DNA from: Thermoproteota archaeon
GTDB taxonomy: Archaea; Thermoproteota; EX4484-205; JAAOZP01
Length of the DNA: 64,000 nucleotides
NCBI GenBank assembly: GCA_049700215.1
Contig: JBNAVT010000002.1
Coordinates: 41,981-105,980 of the forward strand
Direction: 5' to 3'
The notes below the pieces were generated by a model. It was not told where the DNA came from. It worked only from the letters and a program-made list of their open reading frames with translations, and made no database searches. The position numbers and the translations under genes were made by a program. Positions 57,640 to 64,000 of this stretch are shown here, in pieces (within the stretch, counting starts at the first letter, position 1; each line of letters opens with the position of its first letter).

Positions 57640-58820
57640 CTAAACATATTTTTCAGCAGCAGAGGAGGCTATCCTCGCCCACTCCCATAGGCGTTGAGGC
57701 TGGTACCTAACGGTGCTAATGTCCTTCATATGGATCTCCATCACGCAGTTAAACCTCCTCGCCTTCCCAAGCTTCTCCTCCATGTCTCTGCGCACTTCCT
57801 CCGGGTTCCAACTCGACTCAGCCAGCACAGCGGGATTAGGCTTCCAAGCGAATATGAACTCGTCACCCACGTTTTCAACAGCCTTGTCGAATCTATGAAG
57901 GGGCTCATAGAGATCCTGCGCAGCCTGGGTATGTTCCTCCTCAAAACGTCAACCTTATGGTGGAGAGGCTCGCAGCACCCATAGTAGTTCAACCCCCATT
58001 TCTCATACCAATGTTTCTCATGCTTCAACGCAAACTCCTCATGCATAGCAGGAGATACTGCTGAAAAAGCCTGTGCCGCTCCAACCCCCCAAAGCCTCGT
58101 GGGAGAGTCGCGCAGCAATCCGAGTTTCTCATACTGGTCCAGCCGGTGGAGCCAAGCGTCAACCATCCTCTCGGCAAGCCTATGCACATACCCTGGCCTA
58201 CGATGCATATCTATAAGGATCTCCCTAACCCCGGTCAGCATAACGATCTCATCCCAGGGGGCGAACCAGAAGGCGCTGACCCCACGCTTCTCAACAGGCA
58301 GAACCCCGTCGAAAACCTCGCAAAGCATCTCGAAATCCTCCTCAGCCCTTTCTTCGTCGAAAAACACTCTCGGCATCCGGATCTTCTCAACGTCTTCTTC
58401 AGACTTGATTTGAGCATGGTAACGGTGGGAAACTACAGGATTCTTCTCATCAGTCTTAACAATATCCTCCTTAACACGGATGCCTATGTCAGTGTCAGCA
58501 ACATAGTCCTGAAGCGGCTGCTCCACCACAGGCTCCAAACCTAGGCTGCTGCTGAAACGGGGATCATCCACCAGCACCCCCAGTCCATGCCTCCACTTAT
58601 AGATCAAGCGTCTAAGCCTCTCCTCGTATCTCCTGCATAACGGATGCCTAGTCCTCAGCGTTAGCTCATTGTTAACATTCATCTCGTGCCACGGGATCTC
58701 GTAAACATAGACCGGAGGCTTCACCATCTCCAGGTTGATCACCCTTTTTTGCAGCTCAAAATACTCCTCGTTAACGGGTGAGGCTGCGATTTCAGCGCGC
58801 GCTATTCCGCTGCAAACCAT
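57640..58820 (-). pseudogene. Uroporphyrinogen-decarboxylase-family protein (MtaA/MtbA-like methylcobamide methyltransferase type), frameshifted
   Basis: ORF 57741..58820 loses family similarity after ...YYGCCEPLHHKVDVL. The -1 frame continues FEEEHTQAAQDLYEPLHRFDKAVENVGDEFIFAWKPNP... (ORF 57640..57870) to a family-typical C-terminus. One T is missing in a T4 run at ~57925. Confidence 0.65.
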
Positions 58821-59379
58821 CTATCGTCTACAGCCTCCTCTTCTAAGCCCACACCTCCGCTGGAAAAGACTTTAAAAAACATTACTGGGAAAGTCATACA
58901 ATGAGACCCGGTTTTTCAAGCACCGTATGTTCTGGAAACGGACAGGTGTGTTTCTTAATATATTTCACTTCGTAGATGGCGCGGGGGAGGTGGTAGTACG
59001 CGCGCTAATGCATAGTATCCGTGCTAATAGCTATGGCTTTCTCGCCACCTGAGGAAACGTAGAGGCTTCTAGCATATAAAGGGTCATGCACACCTTTAAA
59101 AAAGGTGTGGCGCGCTAAAACGACCAACTATTTCTACAATCATCTCGAGCATCAACCAGTCTCAGGCTGGAGATACGACGTGACTGATCAAGGCATCGGA
59201 AGTTAAAAAAAGGAAAATGATTTGAAACTCAATGAAAGAAACCGAATGATAAGCATTCGTGCCTACAGCATTCTTCACTAAACAAGCTTGATTTATGCAG
59301 ATAGCGAGTCTAGAAGTGACACGGTTAGAATTAGAGTTCAGCCAGCATAGAGGTGAGAATAAGAGCTACCTTATTCTTC

Positions 59380-59900
59380 TAACAGCCTCCTTGATTATCG
59401 GGTCCTCAATCCAGTAGTAGCCCTCCTTCTCCTCCACTATCATCGCGGAGGAAAGAGTTTCCAAGACTATTTAGCGCGCGCGAGGGGTGAAGCAGGGCTC
59501 GGCTCTAAGAACCTGCGCAGGATTCCAACGTATGATCCTGAGAAAACTATCCTTATACCTCTGTATTCATCCCAAACACTTTTCAAAACTTTTAAAAAAT
59601 AATGTGAATACACTTCTTGCATCTCGTCTAAAGCAATAACCCTATCCTTGACGCGTGAAAAAAACGTCTTCCAAGACTCTAGTCCACTTCCTGTACAAAC
59701 TTCAAGTCTAGGCCGATCTCTCCGAGCTTAAACCCGGATTCAGCCGCCAACTTCCTAACCACGTCCTCAATACTCCTAGCACCCATCAGATTTACGTAAA
59801 ACCCATTGTTCTCATTGGAGAAAGTTTTAAGCGGGCTCGTCTTACCCGTCATCCTCTTCCCGACGACAGCAACCCATAAGCGCGCGCTCTAAAAATAAGA
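59380..59900 (-). pseudogene. Remnants of a second Arch_ATPase (PF01637-type) gene
   Basis: Minus-strand fragments: ...VAVVGKRMTGKTSPLKTFSNENNGFYVNLMGARSIEDVVRKLAAESGF (Walker A region, ~59690-59880) and ...EGYYWIEDPIIKEAVRRI (~59380-59450, compare ALYRIADPYMAFWFRYV in the intact paralogue). No continuous ORF. Confidence 0.4.
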
Positions 59901-60048
59901 CGCTTACCAAAGTCACACCTGCTCCTGGAAACATTAGGTGTATTCACTCCAACCAGCCACATAACCAGATAGTGAACTCATACGCAAAGGGTCTTTCTGC
60001 TGGTTAACCGCACCAGTACCAAAAAAGTTTACGCGGGCTAGATGCAAG

Positions 60049-61455
60049 CTATTTTTTCTCCAAAATGTCTTTAAGTTCAAGGATGATGTAGCCTTTCTTA
60101 GAAAGCTCTTCCTTACCCTCGATTTTTCTGGCAACTAAGCCGAAGTACTCTCTCCGCCTCGATTTCCTCCACTTAAAGTTTTGAGCCTTCTGTTTTAATG
60201 CTTGAATTATTCCTTCAGCCTTAACCCCCTTCAGGCTGCTCCACTTTACTTCAAAGAAGGCTGATGAAGACTGGGCCTCGTCCAAAGCTACAGCATCTAT
60301 TTCCTGATCTTTAAACCACCACTTCCCCACGATCTTCGGACGGAATGGAATCTTCTTGAGGCTGTAGAGGCTTTCTCTAAAAATCTGTTCGTAAACCATC
60401 CCGAGATAAGCATCATAGTCCCGCTTAACCTTCTCCAAAACCGGGTCAACATTTCCAAGCTCGAGCTCCGATTTATTCGGGAAAACGTAGCGGAACCAGA
60501 AAGCCATATAGGGGTCAGCTATACGGTAGAGGGCTTTCCGCGGCTTAATTCTCTCTCCAACAGGGTAGAGGCGTTCAACCCATCCTAATTCCTCCAGCAC
60601 GTCAAGATACTTCGAAAGAAGAGTTTTTTCAAGGCCGGTGAAGCCAGCTATCTCGCCGAAGGAGGAAGCTCCGAATGCTACAGCCTTAAGTATTGCCGAG
60701 TATAGCCTTGGCTCACGAAGCTCCTCCCTAAGCAAGAACTCTGCCTCACCGTAAAGGAACTCGCCTTTTCTGAATATTCGGGTAGCCACATTATCCCAGA
60801 ACGGGATATTCGGGTCAAACTTAAGGAGGTATGCTGGAACCCCGCCCAGACACCCGTAAACCCTGACAAGATCCTCCTCAGAATATTCTTTGAAGAACTC
60901 TCGGAGACAATTAAAGCGTAGGGGCTGAAGCTTCCATTGCCCAGTCCTCCTACCGTAAAGCGGGCTCCTGTAGCTTAAGACCTCAGTCTCCATCATGCTG
61001 ACGGAGGAGCCGAGGAGGATTAGCACGACATGACTGTTTTTAAGCTCGAGATCCCATATTTTCTGGAAAACAGAAGGTATCGCCTTATTATCCTCTATCA
61101 GCATCGGAAACTCATCTATCACGATAATAACCTTCCCACCCTTCCACCATTTCAGAAACTCTTTGAAGAGCTCCAGCCAGTTTCTAACTTCAAGCTTCGA
61201 GAAGGATTCGTCGCGAAGAGCCTGCGACATCTTCTCCTTAAACTCCTCAAGCAGGTCTCTCTCCGGCCTCCTGTCCGCCAGGAAGTATACAGCGGGCTTC
61301 CCCCTGATGAACCTCGCAACAAGCTCCGTCTTCCCGATTCTCCTACGCCCGTAAATAACCAGGAGCTCAGGATTCGTGCTTCTAAACTTCTCCTCCAAGT
61401 ATTGTAGCTCATCCTCCCTATCGACAAATAGTTGAATCACGAGTATTATACTCAT
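60049..61455 (-). CDS. Archaeal ATPase (Arch_ATPase AAA+ domain with DUF234 C-terminal domain)
   Basis: 468 aa. FVDREDELQYLEE...LLVIYGRRRIGKTELV (Walker A), VIIVIDEF (Walker B), C-terminal YRIADPYMAFWFRYV DUF234 motif. TATA atttaaatag upstream. Confidence 0.8.
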   Translation of the reverse strand: MSIILVIQLFVDREDELQYLEEKFRSTNPELLVIYGRRRIGKTELVARFIRGKPAVYFLADRRPERDLLEEFKEKMSQALRDESFSKLEVRNWLELFKEFLKWWKGGKVIIVIDEFPMLIEDNKAIPSVFQKIWDLELKNSHVVLILLGSSVSMMETEVLSYRSPLYGRRTGQWKLQPLRFNCLREFFKEYSEEDLVRVYGCLGGVPAYLLKFDPNIPFWDNVATRIFRKGEFLYGEAEFLLREELREPRLYSAILKAVAFGASSFGEIAGFTGLEKTLLSKYLDVLEELGWVERLYPVGERIKPRKALYRIADPYMAFWFRYVFPNKSELELGNVDPVLEKVKRDYDAYLGMVYEQIFRESLYSLKKIPFRPKIVGKWWFKDQEIDAVALDEAQSSSAFFEVKWSSLKGVKAEGIIQALKQKAQNFKWRKSRRREYFGLVARKIEGKEELSKKGYIILELKDILEKK

Positions 61456-61896
61456 GGTTCAACAACTATTTAAATCTGCCTCCTCCCTTATTAAGCGGCG
61501 TATGCCAGCCGAGAAAATTAAAGCTCCTCCACCATCGTCACAAGGAAAGGCTTCAATAAGAGTTTAGCGGACTGTATCCTGCGGGCTTAATAAAGCAGCA
61601 TACGGTATAGCCGATTTAGCCAATTCTATGCAAACCCTGACCCTCCTACCGTTGTTTCTCACCTGCTTGCCGAGCCAGTTGACTATCGAGCTGAGCGGCA
61701 GGTATTTGGCTTCCCAGCAGCCTTTTCTAAGCAGCTTGCTCACCACGTCAGCCTTGATCTCGCGCGCGCCTACCGTCTCTATTCACCCATAGATGCCCGA
61801 GGAACTCTACATAGAAAGGAATACGAGTCGATCCTGCTCAAATGCTTCGGAAGCTCCCCCAAGCTCAGAATAATAGACTTCCTATTCGACAACCCG

Positions 61897-62142
61897 TTGT
61901 TTGACTTCACTAAGAAGGAGATTATAGAAGCACTAGGCATGAGCAAGCAAACATTCTACAAGCATTTTACAGGCATAGAGAAAAACGGTCTAGTCAAAGT
62001 CTCAAGAAGAATAGGCAGGGCTAAACTCTGCAGGATAAACCTGGAGAACCTAATGGTCAAAATGCTAAGAGAAAGCGAAACACAGCTCTCCCTGCAAACA
62101 GCAGAGCAGGAAGCTGAAAAGAAACAAATAGAGGTAAAATAG
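61897..62142 (+). CDS. Small winged-helix DNA-binding protein
   Basis: 81 aa. FTKKEIIEALGMSKQTFYKHFTGIEKNGLVKV gives an HTH and wing. Flanked by (CG)4 tracts at ~61763 and ~62143. Confidence 0.45.
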   Translation: MFDFTKKEIIEALGMSKQTFYKHFTGIEKNGLVKVSRRIGRAKLCRINLENLMVKMLRESETQLSLQTAEQEAEKKQIEVK

Positions 62143-62189
62143 TTTTCGCGCGCGAGAGGAATCTATGCATATTCAAGACCCTATGAGAA

Positions 62190-62561
62190 TCATATTTCTA
62201 CAAGCCCGTCGATAAACCTCAAATACCATCCTACAAACTCCCTCTGAGTCGCCACGTGTATTTCAACTGGTACGGACGGCCCCATCCTTTGCAGGATCCT
62301 CGCCTTTAAACTTGCTGCTCCCTCCTTTACTGCTTCATTAGACACTATGAGAACATCTATATCGCTTGAAGCCGTGTACCTTCCACTCACCACTGATCCG
62401 AAAACGTAGACCTTCGCATCCTTATAATCCTCCTTTACGATATCCTTAACGGAAGCAGCAACCTCCCTATATTTCTCGAGGTACTCTAACGTTTCCCTCC
62501 CCAGCTTCACATATTGCTCAAACATTCCTAATAACCTTCTCGAACTTGTCAGCGAACTCAA
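62190..62561 (-). CDS. Minimal nucleotidyltransferase (MNT) of a HEPN-MNT toxin-antitoxin pair
   Basis: 123 aa. VYVFGSVVSGRYTASSDIDVLIV is the GS...SDxD NTase motif. Confidence 0.8.
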   Translation of the reverse strand: MSSLTSSRRLLGMFEQYVKLGRETLEYLEKYREVAASVKDIVKEDYKDAKVYVFGSVVSGRYTASSDIDVLIVSNEAVKEGAASLKARILQRMGPSVPVEIHVATQREFVGWYLRFIDGLVEI

Positions 62562-62901
62562 TTAGCTGTTTAACCTCCTTCTCCTCATACCTCCTCGGGA
62601 AGTATCTGGAAATTACATAAGCATCCTCAACCTTAGTGAGAATCATTATCTCCGAATCGATTAGCGACGCTAGACCCCTCCCAGACGCAGCATCATCAAG
62701 CACCCTTAACAATCTCACTATCGAGTGTGTCCGGGGATACGTTCCAGTTTTTACGAGAAGCTTGTATTTCAGAATAAGTTGAAAGAATTGCTCGACACTG
62801 AACGCTGCAAGGTCAAATTCTCTCTCCTCAAAAAGCCTCTTAGCATTCCTCAGGAAGGCATACGCTCTTTCCCTGAGAACCTCAGCCTCTTCGAATGACA
62901 A
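62518..62901 (-). CDS. HEPN-domain protein (partner of MNT)
   Basis: 127 aa, helical. R-x-x-H-type motif (YPRTHS). Overlaps the MNT gene by ~44 nt in the classic HEPN-upstream arrangement. Confidence 0.7.
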   Translation of the reverse strand: MSFEEAEVLRERAYAFLRNAKRLFEEREFDLAAFSVEQFFQLILKYKLLVKTGTYPRTHSIVRLLRVLDDAASGRGLASLIDSEIMILTKVEDAYVISRYFPRRYEEKEVKQLIEFADKFEKVIRNV

Positions 62902-63596
62902 TACGTACGCTTTTCAAGAAGCTTAATATTTAAGTCTTAATAGAGGCTTAGAGCCTTTGCAGCGACTATTTCAATATCATTCCCAGTCAACTCGTTACCG
63001 CGAGAATACCACAGCGAAACACCCACTTGAAACCACGAATCATCCCGCTTGCAGAAGCCTTAACATCCCCGGTCAGACGTACACGTCCCTTCCCTCCTCA
63101 CGTGAGCATCACTGGGCTCAACCGTGCCGTCAACCCAATCCGTATGGCTCCACCCCAACCAGCCTGGACACCGAAAACAGGCGTGCCACGCTTATAGCGA
63201 GAATAACAAGATGCCTCCCGGGATTTTTCTCAATTCTGCTTTATAACCCTTGTCAACATTCAGGTTTTTACAAGGAAACACAGGCTAAGGTGCTAGGGCC
63301 TCAATTTTCTACATGCTTCCCTGCATATGGGATCAAGGAATTCGTAATCCTTCACGATGCTCATCATTTCAAGCGCGCGCTACAAGTCGTTTCGAGACGA
63401 CTTCCCAATGTCGAAAAGCAAGTTCCGGTTCGGAACTATTAAGCTTACGGCAACCATCACCAAGCAACTTATCCCCACCCGTCCTCATCCATCACCACCC
63501 GCCCAATTTGAAACACCAAGACCCATCCCGGAAAACCCCTGAAGAACACTGGCTCCAAAACCTTAAATACACCATCAGCCTAACGCCCAGCGAAAG

Positions 63597-64000
63597 ATGA
63601 CGGCGGAAAAATCAAAGAAATACGTGCTCTGGTTCAACGAAATAGGCATCGAAGACGTTCCCCTAGTAGGAGGAAAATCAGCAAGCCTAGGAGAAATGCT
63701 GCGTAAAACAGGCGCCCCGGTGCCAAACGGCTTCGCAACAACCGCCGAGGCCTACAGGTACTTCATAAAATACAACAATCTAGAGCAGAAAATAGCGGAC
63801 ATACTCAGCGAGCTGAAAGACCCCAACGACACCAAAACACTCCAAAACATAGGGGCAAGAATACGGAGAACAATCGTCGAGGCCAAAATGCCGCCTGAAA
63901 TAGAAAGCGAAATCAAAAAATACTACACTCAGCTCGAACAGGAAGTCAAACAGAAAAACCCGTTCGTAGCAGTAAGATCATCAGCAACAGCCGAAGACCT
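63597..64000 (+). CDS. ppsA: Phosphoenolpyruvate synthase (pyruvate, water dikinase), N-terminal part; continues beyond window
   Basis: MTAEKSKKYVLWFNEIGIEDVPLVGGKSASLGEMLRKTGAPVPNGFATTAEAYRYF is the conserved PpsA N-terminus. Strongly A-rich, T-poor codon choice, unlike the rest of the window. Confidence 0.85.
   Translation, partial: MTAEKSKKYVLWFNEIGIEDVPLVGGKSASLGEMLRKTGAPVPNGFATTAEAYRYFIKYNNLEQKIADILSELKDPNDTKTLQNIGARIRRTIVEAKMPPEIESEIKKYYTQLEQEVKQKNPFVAVRSSATAED

Noticed and set aside
62957-63600. Three overlapping plus-strand ORFs (61-161 aa) upstream of ppsA
   Set aside because: Translations are low-complexity (Pro/Thr/His/Gln-rich) in several frames simultaneously. This is a by-product of a G/T-depleted strand with few stop codons, not coding signal.
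1-64000. CRISPR arrays, rRNA genes, or canonical tRNA genes anywhere in the window
   Set aside because: No regularly spaced direct repeats of 24-40 bp, no rRNA-like conserved blocks and no GTTCGAATC/GTTCAAATC T-loop with matching acceptor stems were seen on either strand.

Overview
This is a 64-kb archaeal chromosomal segment of about 50% GC. Gene content and promoter architecture point to a crenarchaeal/TACK-type organism: BRE/TATA boxes roughly 25-35 nt upstream of start codons, together with aSUI1, Orc1/Cdc6, CDC48, an Sm-like protein, NucS, deoxyhypusine synthase, an e2b2-family isomerase, MTA phosphorylase, a DUF460 nuclease and an Arch_ATPase. Housekeeping genes are interleaved with a carbohydrate-utilisation island: two GH5 endoglucanases (one truncated), a disrupted GH94 cellobiose-phosphorylase, a GH18 hydrolase, and a five-gene family-5 ABC uptake system whose two ATPase genes share an identical 168-bp 3' end. 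An 835-bp IS5-family insertion sequence lies next to that system, and a HEPN-MNT toxin-antitoxin pair is also present. Two gene sets stand out for an archaeon. The first is a tightly packed luxE-like / luxC-like / SDR / ComB-like operon (37.9-42.4 kb), which looks like an acid-activation and thioester-reduction pathway of unknown product. The second is an MttB-superfamily methyltransferase adjacent to a UroD/MtaA-family gene (56.1-58.8 kb). The window also carries an unusual number of disrupted reading frames: three in-frame TGA codons, at least six frameshifts (several at short homopolymers), gene fragments, and over-represented alternating (GC)n palindromic tracts in intergenic regions and at fragment boundaries. 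No rRNA, tRNA or CRISPR array could be supported from the sequence.
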